Virus record (IMG/VR): IMGVR_UViG_3300009509_000013
Location: 1 to 64,000 of that record
Direction: 5' to 3' (one strand)
Source: a virus
Length of the DNA stretch: 64,000 bases
The notes beneath the pieces were generated by a model, which saw nothing but the letters and a program-made list of their open reading frames with translations, did no database searches and was not told where the DNA came from. The position numbers and the translations under genes are program-made. Shown here piece by piece: positions 9,311 through 19,531 of the stretch (positions are counted from its first letter, which is position 1; every line of letters starts with the position of its first letter).

Positions 9311-9499
9311 CTATTCCGGTTTCGGACGCTTCGGTTTTTTGCGCGGTCGTTTTTCAGGAACGCGCCGTTGAAGTTGTCCGCAATTGGCGCATTTCGCCAA
9401 ATAGGGATCTTTCGAGTCCGGCGTCAATTGATTGACGCCGCAAGTTTGACAAACAACGTCGTCGCGAAACTTTTTGTCCTTCCAAGGTTTTCTAGCCAT
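9311..9499 (-). CDS. small basic zinc-ribbon protein
   Basis: MARKPWKD..CQTC..CANC with a Lys/Arg-rich tail; GGGG RBS. Confidence 0.55.
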   Translation of the reverse strand: MARKPWKDKKFRDDVVCQTCGVNQLTPDSKDPYLAKCANCGQLQRRVPEKRPRKKPKRPKPE

Positions 9500-9513
9500 T
9501 GCCGTTCCCCTTC

Positions 9514-9888
9514 CTAGAATGCGAGCAAATCGCCAATTTCTCCGGCCATTCGCGAATCGGTCGCTTGAATCTTTTCCAAAATCACGCGCGGAACCGCTTC
9601 GCCGTAGCACTCGCCCGCCAATGTTTCCGCGTTGCAAACGTCGTAATAGTCTTGCTCGACAAGTCGATACGTTCGCGCGGGAATGAGTCGGCAAACCTGC
9701 CATTCGTCGTCAACGTCGATATAGCCAACGCGAATCGTCACGTTGATCGCCGCGTTTTTCAAATCATGATTGTACGCTTCGATCCGCGCGAACGGCATTG
9801 GCGAATTCGGGTCCAATTCCCCAACGTTGAAATCAGTGTCGAGACTGATTCCAACCATTGTATCCATCAAGCCTTTGTCTATCGTCAT
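9514..9888 (-). CDS. tail-fibre partner or assembly protein (paralogue of 13914-14228)
   Basis: Follows the fibre gene; similar by eye to the gene that follows the other fibre. Confidence 0.55.
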   Translation of the reverse strand: MTIDKGLMDTMVGISLDTDFNVGELDPNSPMPFARIEAYNHDLKNAAINVTIRVGYIDVDDEWQVCRLIPARTYRLVEQDYYDVCNAETLAGECYGEAVPRVILEKIQATDSRMAGEIGDLLAF

Positions 9889-9900
9889 GATCCGTTCTCC

Positions 9901-12900
9901 TTATGCCGGTGGCATTTCCGCAACGCTTGTTGTGTCGCCTTGGGAAATCACCGAAAACTTTTCGCCGGTCAATGCTTCAACGGCGGCGACCAATCGTTCA
10001 AGCCAAATCTTGACCGTGACGTCGCGCTCGCCGCAATAGGTGTTGACGAAATATTCATTTGTCATAGGACAGTGAGCGGAAAGCTGCGACGCGCTTCCGC
10101 CGTCGTCGACGACCCACATTTCAGTTGTCCAAGGCGAAAGCGTGTAATCGCGAGCGTAAAACTTCGCGAGCGCGCTTGTTCCGCCGGGGTGCGTGCTAGT
10201 CGGATTCGAATGAATCGAAAGATAGTGATCGATGCTCGAATATTGGAACAACCCGCACCAATTCGCTTGCATGGTGAAGATCGAATCGTAACCCGCCATC
10301 CAATCCATTGAATCGTAAAGCCCGCCCGTGTTCGTGCTTCGATCCAATTGCAAGCGCGAATGCTTTTGACCGTCCCAATAGAGCCCCTTCCGCGCGATCA
10401 ATTCGATCCCGCCGTTCGTATCCGAAGACGTGTCATAGGCATTGATTGATTGCCGGTCGCTTCCGCCCATCCAAATGTTCGCGTCGGAATAGCTATAGCC
10501 GGTCGGAGCGCTCGGAACCGTCGTCATTGTTCCGATTGTCAAATGGGTGTAAGTCGCCCCGATGATCTTGACCGAATCGGTTTCGGGCGCGACGTAATTC
10601 CCAACGGAAAGCCCGTTTCCGACTTCAACGCCGTTGACGTTGATCCGCATTCCGTGAGTTCCGGCGGCGTAAAAGTCCATCCAATTGTTGCCGCGATAAT
10701 AGAGAATGTAATCGTTCGCGTCGAAGTTGAGAACGGGATTCCCGCTATTGTACGCGAGATAAACATTCGAATATGCGTTCAAAGTCCCGTCGATCATGTA
10801 GGTGTTCGCGCTAACTTGGATCTGACTGCTCGAAGCGTAGCACGAAGACGACCCGCCAAATTCGCAACGATTGTTGGCTTGCGAAATCACAAGCGTCGAG
10901 TTCCAACCGGGAACCGCGTCGCCGTCGCTCGCCGGGGTCGTTCCGCTCAAAGTGTAAAAAGTGAACCCGCCGCCGTCCATAAGCATTCGAGCCGGATTCT
11001 CGCCGCCGGCGTGAACCTTCCAAGTCGAGCTTTCATAGTCACAATTCCAAGTGAAATTGACGCGACCCGATCCGTTTTGAACGGACCAAACCGCGCGACC
11101 GCTCGACCCGCCGGCAATTGAAATTCGATTCGTGCTAGGACTAGGCCCGACATTCGTCGCCGGAACAAGATCCGGGTGAACGTCGATTTGACCCCATTTC
11201 CCGATTTGAAGTTGCCGCGTCGGGCTTGTCCCGCCCGACCAAACGCCGAACGCGGTCCAATTGACTTGATCGTCGGAATTCGTTGAATCCGCAAACGGGA
11301 ACACAACGCCGAAAGCCGGATTCTTCAAGCTCGGTTCAAGGAAATCGTTCGCGACGTCAACAATGATTCCGCTTCGTCCCGACGTCGTGATCAACCGCGC
11401 GTTCGGTCTGTCGAATTGCGTTGTCCCATATGACAACGTTGAAGAATGCGCGCCCGGATCTAGCGTCAAGAATGCGCCGGTGAATTCGGTTCCGGTTGCT
11501 CCCGTCGCTCCGACAATATCCGAGTTCGCCGAAAGCGTGATATTGCTTCCGTTCAAAACGGAAATCGCGCTATTGAACGTCGCGGTTCCCGTGACGCCGA
11601 AACCGCTCCCCATTGTCAACGCGCCGCCGAAATAGCTTGGCGTCGTTCCCGCCGTGTAGACCGCCCAATTTGACGACGTTCCAATCGTTTGCGCGTTCAC
11701 ATAGACACCGTAAACGTTCGTCGGCGATCCGGTGAAAGCTTCGACCCAATAGCCGATTGCGTTTGTCGCAACGCCGCCGCCCGTGTCGTAATTTTGAGCG
11801 CGGAAGCTTGCCGAAGTCGTGACGTTTCCGCCGCCGGCGACTTGAACGACGCCCGACGTTCCGACAAGCGTTTGAATCGTTCCGCTTGGATGCGTTGAAG
11901 CGGCGTATCCGCCAAGCCCCATTTTCAAGCCCGTGTCCGCCGCGCCGTATTGCCCGGAAAAATAGCCGACCAATTGGTTTTGTGCGACCGCGCCGGCCCA
12001 AGTGCCTTGAACAAGCATTCGATACGAATTCGCGTCCGGGGTCGTCGCTCCAATGCCGACCCAATTCGTCGCAATCCGCATTTGTTCGCCGCCGGCTCCG
12101 GTTCGAAAAGCAAATTCACCTTGATTCGCCGTTTCGAAACGGAATCCGCCGTTCAACGTTCCCAAATTTCCGACTTGAAAGTGATATTCAAGATCGGTCG
12201 GATCGGTCAAAGTTGTCGATCTTTGGTGAACCGAAACGCGCCCATAGCGCGGCGATCCGCCTTGCGTAACTGTCGGCCCGGAAAAGTGAAAGCCCCGCCA
12301 AAATGGGTTTTGTGCGTCCGTCCCGCCTAGCGGCCAAAAAACAAAATAGCCGGTGTCGGGTTTCGAAACGTTCAAATTCCCGTTTGAATCAAGTTGAATG
12401 TCAGAGCCGCCGGAAACGTCCGAACGCTCGATTCGAATCGCCGGGGTTGAAGTCGAGTCGATATGAACGCGCGCCGCCGGCGGATTGTTCCCGTCGCCGA
12501 TTGCGATCCCTTGCGAATAGTGACCTTCCGCCCAACGTCGAACGCTTGAACCAATGTCTTGCGAATTGTCGACCGCCGGCAAGAAATCGCCGGAGAACGA
12601 CAAATTGATCACATAGAGATCCGAGAACCGCTTCGTCGGCGTTCCGAGCGCCGCGCCGCCGTTCACGTCCGGTTCAATGTCGTCATTGACGCGGGTCTTC
12701 CCCGTAATGTTCAACGAATAGCCGGCGGCGTCGAAGCCGCCGATTCCGACACGCCCCGTCGAGCCGTCGACATAGAACTTCGTATTCGCCGCGACCTTGT
12801 GACTCCAATCGCCGCGAATCGTGTGTGAATCAACGTCGTCGTCGTCGCCGGCGGTCAAGTTGTTTGTGATCGTTTCGCTCGAATTGACTTGAACGACGTT

Positions 12901-13869
12901 TTCTTGCGTCGTCGTCCCTTTGACCCAAAGATTCCCGTTTTTGTCGACTTCAAAAACCGGAGCGCCCGCCGTGTCGCGAACCGTGATCGCCTTGATTGAA
13001 TCCGTCGCGAAGCTTTTCACGTCGATCTTGACGTGACCGGAAACCGGGTCGCGTTTCGTAATGTCGCCAATGTCCGAAAGCGAAAAGTCGATCACGTTTT
13101 GCGACGCCGTGTTGAACGTCGCCGGCGTTCCGCCGTTGCCCGTGACCGTTCCCAAAAAAGCGTGCTCGCCGCTTGAAGAAACCGAGCCGTTCCGCCAAAT
13201 CGTCGGACCTAGAAGAATGACTTCATAGTCGCTTGCCGTCGTCGAAATCGCCGCGCCTTGACCGAGATCGCCGGTCGTCGTGATCTTGTTCGCTCCGCCG
13301 CTCCAAACGACCGAGCGCGTTTCAATCGCCACGCCCGGAAGCGTCCCGTCTTTTGCCGGCGACTTCCGAAAGACCATAACTTGACGCCCGGCATTCGAAA
13401 CGCCGGCTTCCGTGACCGAATTGACCGTGAACGTGATCGTCCCGTTTCCATTGTCGACAACCGCGTCGGGCTCCGCCCTTTCTCCGATTGTTTCAAGCTC
13501 GCGTTCGTATTCCGGGAAGCCGGTTCGCGGATTGATTTGAACCCCGTCCGGCTTCGTCGTGTAGTGAAGCCCGACTTCGTAAGTGATCCCGACTGCGTTC
13601 TCGAATTGAAGCCCGGAGTTCGGAGCAAGCGAAGGGTCCATGAAATGCCCGTCGCCGTCCGTGACCGCTTGAAGCCCCGTCAAACGGATCTTGTTCGCGC
13701 CGTCGCCGGCGAGCCCTATCGCCGAATCGTAAACGCCGCCGACTCGAAAAGCCCGCTCCATTCCTTCGCGAATCGTTTCGCGCATGAAGCCGAACCAACG
13801 GTCGCGAAAGTCTTCCGTTCCGAGCAATCGCTTCGGGGATAGATTCACAAATTCCGCATTCGTTGTCAT
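9901..13869 (-). CDS. long tail fibre / receptor-binding protein A
   Basis: 1322 aa, Gly/Ser/Thr-rich; GRVGIG and DIGSSVRRW fibre repeats; N-terminus paralogous to 14242-18231. Confidence 0.85.
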   Translation of the reverse strand: MTTNAEFVNLSPKRLLGTEDFRDRWFGFMRETIREGMERAFRVGGVYDSAIGLAGDGANKIRLTGLQAVTDGDGHFMDPSLAPNSGLQFENAVGITYEVGLHYTTKPDGVQINPRTGFPEYERELETIGERAEPDAVVDNGNGTITFTVNSVTEAGVSNAGRQVMVFRKSPAKDGTLPGVAIETRSVVWSGGANKITTTGDLGQGAAISTTASDYEVILLGPTIWRNGSVSSSGEHAFLGTVTGNGGTPATFNTASQNVIDFSLSDIGDITKRDPVSGHVKIDVKSFATDSIKAITVRDTAGAPVFEVDKNGNLWVKGTTTQENVVQVNSSETITNNLTAGDDDDVDSHTIRGDWSHKVAANTKFYVDGSTGRVGIGGFDAAGYSLNITGKTRVNDDIEPDVNGGAALGTPTKRFSDLYVINLSFSGDFLPAVDNSQDIGSSVRRWAEGHYSQGIAIGDGNNPPAARVHIDSTSTPAIRIERSDVSGGSDIQLDSNGNLNVSKPDTGYFVFWPLGGTDAQNPFWRGFHFSGPTVTQGGSPRYGRVSVHQRSTTLTDPTDLEYHFQVGNLGTLNGGFRFETANQGEFAFRTGAGGEQMRIATNWVGIGATTPDANSYRMLVQGTWAGAVAQNQLVGYFSGQYGAADTGLKMGLGGYAASTHPSGTIQTLVGTSGVVQVAGGGNVTTSASFRAQNYDTGGGVATNAIGYWVEAFTGSPTNVYGVYVNAQTIGTSSNWAVYTAGTTPSYFGGALTMGSGFGVTGTATFNSAISVLNGSNITLSANSDIVGATGATGTEFTGAFLTLDPGAHSSTLSYGTTQFDRPNARLITTSGRSGIIVDVANDFLEPSLKNPAFGVVFPFADSTNSDDQVNWTAFGVWSGGTSPTRQLQIGKWGQIDVHPDLVPATNVGPSPSTNRISIAGGSSGRAVWSVQNGSGRVNFTWNCDYESSTWKVHAGGENPARMLMDGGGFTFYTLSGTTPASDGDAVPGWNSTLVISQANNRCEFGGSSSCYASSSQIQVSANTYMIDGTLNAYSNVYLAYNSGNPVLNFDANDYILYYRGNNWMDFYAAGTHGMRINVNGVEVGNGLSVGNYVAPETDSVKIIGATYTHLTIGTMTTVPSAPTGYSYSDANIWMGGSDRQSINAYDTSSDTNGGIELIARKGLYWDGQKHSRLQLDRSTNTGGLYDSMDWMAGYDSIFTMQANWCGLFQYSSIDHYLSIHSNPTSTHPGGTSALAKFYARDYTLSPWTTEMWVVDDGGSASQLSAHCPMTNEYFVNTYCGERDVTVKIWLERLVAAVEALTGEKFSVISQGDTTSVAEMPPA

Positions 13870-13913
13870 TGCCTTTTGCTCCCTTGCGACTCGCGCGCCG
13901 TCACTTCAACCGC

Positions 13914-14228
13914 CTATTCAATCGTTCCCGCCGCGTGTCCGTTGTCGATCAACCATTGGTAAAGAACGCGCTTCACGCCGGCATAAACGAGTTCGTCGGT
14001 CAAAGAAATTTCCGCGACAACCGCGTCATAATCGGAATCCGTCAAGACGAATCCTTTCGGTTTTCCGCCTTGACCTTGAACCCAATCGTCGCCCGACACG
14101 TCGCCGAATTGAACCATGAATTCGATCAAGCCTTCGCGCCAAGTGAATTCGATTATCTTCGCGCGCGGATAGGTTTGACCCGGATCGTTGTCGCCGGGAT
14201 CAAAAGGCGTCGTCAAAAGAATCGGCAT
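13914..14228 (-). CDS. tail-fibre partner or assembly protein
   Basis: Start MPILLTTPFDPG after a GGGA RBS, immediately downstream of fibre B. Confidence 0.55.
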   Translation of the reverse strand: MPILLTTPFDPGDNDPGQTYPRAKIIEFTWREGLIEFMVQFGDVSGDDWVQGQGGKPKGFVLTDSDYDAVVAEISLTDELVYAGVKRVLYQWLIDNGHAAGTIE

Positions 14229-14241
14229 TGCAAGTCCCTTT

Positions 14242-17200
14242 CTATGCCGCCGCCGCTTCAAGCGCCGCGATTCGCTCCGCTTGTGCGTCGACAATGGTCT
14301 TCAATTTCTTGATTGCTTCAACAAGATAGCATTCGAGCCCGGCGAGATTCGTGTGTTTCACGCCCGGTTCTCCCGGTTGCCGACCTTCGAAATCTTGATC
14401 GGTGTTTTGAACCCAATCGGGCTTGATCGCTTCAACCTCTTGAGCAATGAAGCCCGTCACAACGTCGCCGCCGTTGCTTCCGTGTTTTTCGGGATTCTTC
14501 CATTTGAACGTGCGCCCCTTCAAACGACAAATCACGTCAAGCGGATCGGCGGTTTCTGTCAAATCTCGAATATCGATCTTGATTCGAGCGTCCGACGTGT
14601 TGACCCAATAGATCCCCGTCGTCTTCCCGGCGTTTCCGTTGCAATAGAACGCGCCGCCGGCAACGCAACCGTCCGCTTGCGTATAGAGCGAATCAGTGTA
14701 ATTCGTATGATCCGCGAAAAAGTTCCATTGACCGCCCGTTGAATCGTATCCGGTCGAATCGTTGAATCGAAAATAATCCTGATTCGTTCCCGTCGTCGTG
14801 CTTGGCGTCCCAAAGAACAACCCGCCGGCGACGCAAAGCCCGGTCGCAATATAAGTTCCGTGCGCGTATGTCGAAGCCGTGTAAGACGTCGTTCCTATCG
14901 CGACTTTCGTCGCCGCGCCGTCAATCGTCATCATTGCAAACGTTCCCGCCCCAAGGTGAAGCCTTTGGGTCGAGTGATCATAGTCAATGTAACCGTCTTG
15001 ACTGTTTTCCGGGTCGGCAAATGACAATCGCCCATAAGATGCGTTGTCGGTTGCGATTGTGATCCCGGTGTTCCCGCTCGAATTCGTCACAACAAGATCG
15101 TCCCAATTCGTGTGTGGCGTTCCGCTATACATTGACCCGTTGCCAGAAACGAAAGTCGAGTTCCCTTGCCAATAGACGCGCCATGAAGTCGGCGTTCCGA
15201 GCGCGCCGCCCAAGTTGCCGTGAAGAACCGGCCCGTCCGGTGTCAAGCCGGCATAAGTCGCGCCGCTCCCGGCCCAACGCAAAACGTGATTCGTGTCGGT
15301 TCCCCAACCGCGAAGTTGAATGTGATGATCGTTGATTGCTATGATTTGCGAATCCGTGATTCGCATTACTTCGTCGGCGGCGGCGGCGGATTGTGTTCCC
15401 GCCCAAAAGTGAATCGTTCCATTCGCCGCAAGGTGAAGATCTTCGGTTCCGCCCGCGATCAAAGACGGATAAAGCGTTTCTTCGCCGGCATGAATGACAA
15501 GCTCCGCGCCCGGAGCGATCCAAAGATTGTGACCCGACGTGTAAGTTCCATAACGCCCAATGACGCTATTGGTCGCGCTCCCGTCGAAAAATTGGATTGA
15601 CCCTTGCGTTCGAATGTTTCCGGCGACGTCGAGCAACCCGCCGAAATAGTCATGCGGCCCGCCCGAATAGATCCCGTAATTGATCGCCGCGCCGCTTTGT
15701 TGTTGAACCAAAAGCCCGTATTTCGTCGTCGTGTTCGACGAAGTTCCGTTCAAGATTTCAACGCCAACCGCCGAAGTGAAACTTCCCAAACTTCCGGGAT
15801 CGGTCAAGACGCGAAGCGCTCGACACGCGCCGCCGGCGACGTTGCCGGAGCTTCCCGCGCGAATGTATGCGCCTTCAATCGTCGATTGTGAACCGCCGTC
15901 GTTTCGATAGTTGCGCCCGTGAATGTATGCCGCGCGCATCAAATAGGTGTTGTTCCCGTAAGCAAAGGCTTCAACTTGCGCGTGGTTTTGTTCGGCGGTT
16001 GTCAATGCCGAATAGTTTTCAGTCAAATAGAGTCGCCCGCCAAAAGCGCGGATCGCGTAATTGTTGACCGGGGAAGACGCGCCCGAAACGCCGGCGATTC
16101 GAATCGCGCATTTGTCGCCGGAAATTGTTCCGGCGGAAGCGCCGTCTTGAATGTAGATTGTCGAAAGGTTGCCCGTGACCGTGTGACCCGCTTGAACGTC
16201 CGCTTGAAGATTCAACGTTTCGACGTTTCCGGTTGAAGCGCCGCTTCCGCCGGCGTTTGCGCGGATATAGGCGGCGCGAAGTCCCGACCATGTTCCGCTT
16301 GTCGCGGTCAAATCGGTGTTCACAACCAAGCCATAGGGCGAATTGGTTCCCGTGTTGTTCGTGAAATCGAAATCGAAGAAGACGCCGCGAGCGCTCGAAT
16401 AGGTCAAAGCGCCATAGCTTTTCGAAACCTTCAAGATTTCGTCGAGCGAACCGAGCGTCGACGAAGTTCCGACTTGAAGCGCGTCGAACCAACCTTCGGC
16501 CCAATGCGTCGCCGCCGCGCCTATGTCATACGTCGAAGCGCTTGAAGGAACGACGTCGAAGCCGAAGCCATTGTTGATCACAATGTCGTTCGTGTTGACG
16601 GTCCCGAAGTAACCGTTCGGCCAACGGTCGCCGCTTGTTCCAATGTCATAACTTCCATTCGGTCGAAGCGTCGCCGCGACGTGAATCCAATCGGTTGAAT
16701 CCTTGTCGCAATGAAGCCAAGTTTTGCTTGTGCTGAAATCCCCGCCCGCCGCCGTGTTTTCTTGAAGATAGAATTCGCCGGCGTTCAAGATTTGACGCCA
16801 AAGCCCGCCCGCCGTGTAACCAATATCGGTTTCACGGAAATTCAAAGTCGGAGTTCCGCGTTCAAGTTGCAAATAGCCGTGAATATCCAATGAACCGGCA
16901 ATATCCGACCAACCCGTTCCGTTCACGTCGAGTTCGCCGCCGACTTGAAAATCGCCGCCGACCGAAGACGTTCCCGTTCCGTTCGCAGAAATGACGCCCG
17001 CGAGAACTTGAAGATTCCCGGTTGTGATTCGAGCGCCGCCCGTGACGCCTAGTTGATAGGTCGCGTCGGGAGCTTGCCCCATTCCGACGCGCCCGGAAGC
17101 GCCGTCAACATAGAAATAGTTCGCGCTCCCGCCCGTGTCCGTATGCCGCCAAGTTCCTTTGATCAAATGCGAGTCGCCCGAATTGTCGCCCGCCGTCAAA

Positions 17201-18231
17201 TTGTCCGTGATCGTTTCCGACGAATTCACTTGAACGACGTTGTTTTGCGTCGTCGTTCCCGCGACTTGAAGATTTCCCGAAATCACAACGTCGCCGTCTT
17301 CGTCGACCTTGAACTTCGTCACGCCTAGCGAATCTTGAACTTCAAGTTGCGGTTCGTCGACGTCGTAAGGGTCCGCCTTGACTCGAATCTTCGTGAATCC
17401 GTGCGTGTCCGTTCGAAGAATTTCCGAAATGTCGGAGATCGTCGCCGTGATCGGACGTTGAAGCCCCGTGTCGAATGTCGTCGGCGGATTCCCGCCGCCG
17501 GCTCCCGTCACCTTACCTATGAAACAATATCCATTGACGTTGAAAAGAGTCGTATTCCGCCGAACGGTCGGCCCAAGCAAAACGATCTGATAGTGCGCCG
17601 GATTTGTCGACGGCGAAGATTGCCCGAATTGCGCCGTCGTCAAAACATAGTTGTTCGTCCCATTCCATTGAACGGTGAGTTCTTCGATTGCGATTGATTC
17701 AAGCGTTGCGGCTTTTCCCGGCGTGATCTTCCAAACGAGACACTTCCGACCCGCGTGTGAAACTCCGGCTTCACAAACCGAATTGATATTGACGTTCAAG
17801 CCGCTTCCGGCAACCGCGACGCTTGTCGGATCGGCGCGTTCTCCGATTGTCTCGACAAATGAAACGAATTCCGGTTCGCCGGAACGCGGGTTGATTTGAA
17901 CTCCGTCCGGGATCTCCGTGTAGTGAAGCGCGACGTCGTATTGAACCGTATTCGCGTTTTGAAATTGAATCCCCGTCGAATAGCCGCTCGCCGCCGGGTC
18001 GAGAATGTGACCGTCGCCGTCGACCGCTTCGGAAGTTCCGTCGATCTTGAACTTGTCCGCGCCGTCCGCCGACAAACCAAGCGGAGAATCAAAAACGCCG
18101 TCTTTGCGATACGTCGCCGCCGCGACGTCTTCGTTCAATGTCTTCAAATATCCGAGAAAGCGGTCGGCGAAATCTTCCCTTCCGAGTAACCGCTTCGGAT
18201 TGAAACTAACGAATTGTGCGCCCGTTGCCAT
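14242..18231 (-). CDS. long tail fibre B with C-terminal intramolecular chaperone (peptidase S74-like)
   Basis: TSDARIK...GFIAQEVE...LVEAIKKL C-terminal chaperone motifs; fibre repeats. Confidence 0.9.
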   Translation of the reverse strand: MATGAQFVSFNPKRLLGREDFADRFLGYLKTLNEDVAAATYRKDGVFDSPLGLSADGADKFKIDGTSEAVDGDGHILDPAASGYSTGIQFQNANTVQYDVALHYTEIPDGVQINPRSGEPEFVSFVETIGERADPTSVAVAGSGLNVNINSVCEAGVSHAGRKCLVWKITPGKAATLESIAIEELTVQWNGTNNYVLTTAQFGQSSPSTNPAHYQIVLLGPTVRRNTTLFNVNGYCFIGKVTGAGGGNPPTTFDTGLQRPITATISDISEILRTDTHGFTKIRVKADPYDVDEPQLEVQDSLGVTKFKVDEDGDVVISGNLQVAGTTTQNNVVQVNSSETITDNLTAGDNSGDSHLIKGTWRHTDTGGSANYFYVDGASGRVGMGQAPDATYQLGVTGGARITTGNLQVLAGVISANGTGTSSVGGDFQVGGELDVNGTGWSDIAGSLDIHGYLQLERGTPTLNFRETDIGYTAGGLWRQILNAGEFYLQENTAAGGDFSTSKTWLHCDKDSTDWIHVAATLRPNGSYDIGTSGDRWPNGYFGTVNTNDIVINNGFGFDVVPSSASTYDIGAAATHWAEGWFDALQVGTSSTLGSLDEILKVSKSYGALTYSSARGVFFDFDFTNNTGTNSPYGLVVNTDLTATSGTWSGLRAAYIRANAGGSGASTGNVETLNLQADVQAGHTVTGNLSTIYIQDGASAGTISGDKCAIRIAGVSGASSPVNNYAIRAFGGRLYLTENYSALTTAEQNHAQVEAFAYGNNTYLMRAAYIHGRNYRNDGGSQSTIEGAYIRAGSSGNVAGGACRALRVLTDPGSLGSFTSAVGVEILNGTSSNTTTKYGLLVQQQSGAAINYGIYSGGPHDYFGGLLDVAGNIRTQGSIQFFDGSATNSVIGRYGTYTSGHNLWIAPGAELVIHAGEETLYPSLIAGGTEDLHLAANGTIHFWAGTQSAAAADEVMRITDSQIIAINDHHIQLRGWGTDTNHVLRWAGSGATYAGLTPDGPVLHGNLGGALGTPTSWRVYWQGNSTFVSGNGSMYSGTPHTNWDDLVVTNSSGNTGITIATDNASYGRLSFADPENSQDGYIDYDHSTQRLHLGAGTFAMMTIDGAATKVAIGTTSYTASTYAHGTYIATGLCVAGGLFFGTPSTTTGTNQDYFRFNDSTGYDSTGGQWNFFADHTNYTDSLYTQADGCVAGGAFYCNGNAGKTTGIYWVNTSDARIKIDIRDLTETADPLDVICRLKGRTFKWKNPEKHGSNGGDVVTGFIAQEVEAIKPDWVQNTDQDFEGRQPGEPGVKHTNLAGLECYLVEAIKKLKTIVDAQAERIAALEAAAA

Positions 18232-18235
18232 TGCT

Positions 18236-19516
18236 TCAACTCCCGAAGTTTATGTCGACCGTTTCCGTTTCGAGCGGATTCAACCAAAATTCGATCTCGC
18301 TCGCTTCAAGCTTCGCGCCGGCGACGTGAAAGAAGCCGACCTTCCCCTTCGTGAGCGACGAATCGGTCGCGTTGATCTTCATGTCGCCGTCGAGAAAGAC
18401 GCGAAGCCGGTTCGTTGCTCCGTCCGGGATCGCTTCAACCCGAATCATATAGAACACGTCTTCGAAGATTTGCTCGACCGCCGGGAACGTGTAAGTCGCA
18501 ATCGTCGACACGACGCCCGCGATTTTCTTCCCAAGTCGAAGCGAACCAAACGACCCCAAGTTCGGCGCGATTCCCGCCCAATAGAAATTGTCGTCGTCGA
18601 CTTCATAGAACTTGATCCCGGCGAAGCCGGCTCCAAGTTGCTTGACGCGAGCGCCGACAACGCAATCGGCCCAATCGTCCGCGCCGTCGATCCTCGTGAC
18701 TGTGACCCGTTGCGCTTGCGTATCGTCGAGCAATTTCAAATTGCCGTCTTCGACAAGAATGTCGAGATCCGCGCCGCCCGCCGTCATTGTCCATTGAAAA
18801 TTGTCGCCCGCGACGTTGAACAAATCGAGAAACGTCAAATAGGAAACTTCGATTCGTTCGGAGATCGGTCGCATCAAATTGACGATATTCTTCACAAGGT
18901 CGCGGTTTAGCGGGTTGTTCAAGTTGTCGACGATTCGAAGATTCATTCGGCGTTCGTCATACGACGGAGCGCCGGGAAGGTCGATCAACCAAGGGTCGCG
19001 ACCCTCTTGTTCGTGACCGAGCGCCGTTTCGTCCATGACGAAGCGAAAGTCGAACCAATTCCAAAGGCGAAGCCGGCTCCCCGTGATCAATCGCATGACG
19101 TTGATCAACGTGTCTTCCGGCCCGCGCTTCTTCCAAAGCGGAACCGACGCCGCGATCAAACGCCGAAGCGTTCGCGCGTCAAGCGCGCTCGTTATGTAAT
19201 CGAGTTCTTTTGTCCAACCGACAATATCCTTCAAGTATAGAAGAAGCCGGTCTTCGATCTCCGTGACCGACCAAAGCGTTTTCAGATTGAAGATCGAAGT
19301 GTGTGTTTGCTCCCATGCCGCTTGCGGTCCCGTGAACAACCGCTTGACGAAAAGTTCGCCTTCAAGTCGATCCGCGATTCGAATCGGCTCGATCAAAAAT
19401 TCATACATATCGAGCGGAAGAATTTCTTCCGGCTCCGGCGGTTCAATGTAACCGAGCGTTTGCCCCGTGACTCCGCCGCCGGGGATCGGGTTTCCTGCTA
19501 GATCTTGGATCGCCAT
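18236..19516 (-). CDS. baseplate wedge / P2 gpI-like tail protein with C-terminal beta-sandwich
   Basis: LLYLKDIVGW..RRLIAASVPLWKKRG; lectin-like end (LRVFLDG..ATDSSLTKGKVGF); lies between baseplate J and the fibres. Confidence 0.7.
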   Translation of the reverse strand: MAIQDLAGNPIPGGGVTGQTLGYIEPPEPEEILPLDMYEFLIEPIRIADRLEGELFVKRLFTGPQAAWEQTHTSIFNLKTLWSVTEIEDRLLLYLKDIVGWTKELDYITSALDARTLRRLIAASVPLWKKRGPEDTLINVMRLITGSRLRLWNWFDFRFVMDETALGHEQEGRDPWLIDLPGAPSYDERRMNLRIVDNLNNPLNRDLVKNIVNLMRPISERIEVSYLTFLDLFNVAGDNFQWTMTAGGADLDILVEDGNLKLLDDTQAQRVTVTRIDGADDWADCVVGARVKQLGAGFAGIKFYEVDDDNFYWAGIAPNLGSFGSLRLGKKIAGVVSTIATYTFPAVEQIFEDVFYMIRVEAIPDGATNRLRVFLDGDMKINATDSSLTKGKVGFFHVAGAKLEASEIEFWLNPLETETVDINFGS

Positions 19517-19531
19517 TGCTTCCCCGCTTCC

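Noticed and set aside
9901-18231. Diversity-generating retroelement or invertible fibre switch
   Set aside because: No reverse transcriptase or invertase in the window, no adenine-specific template/variable repeat pair seen, and both fibres are co-oriented.
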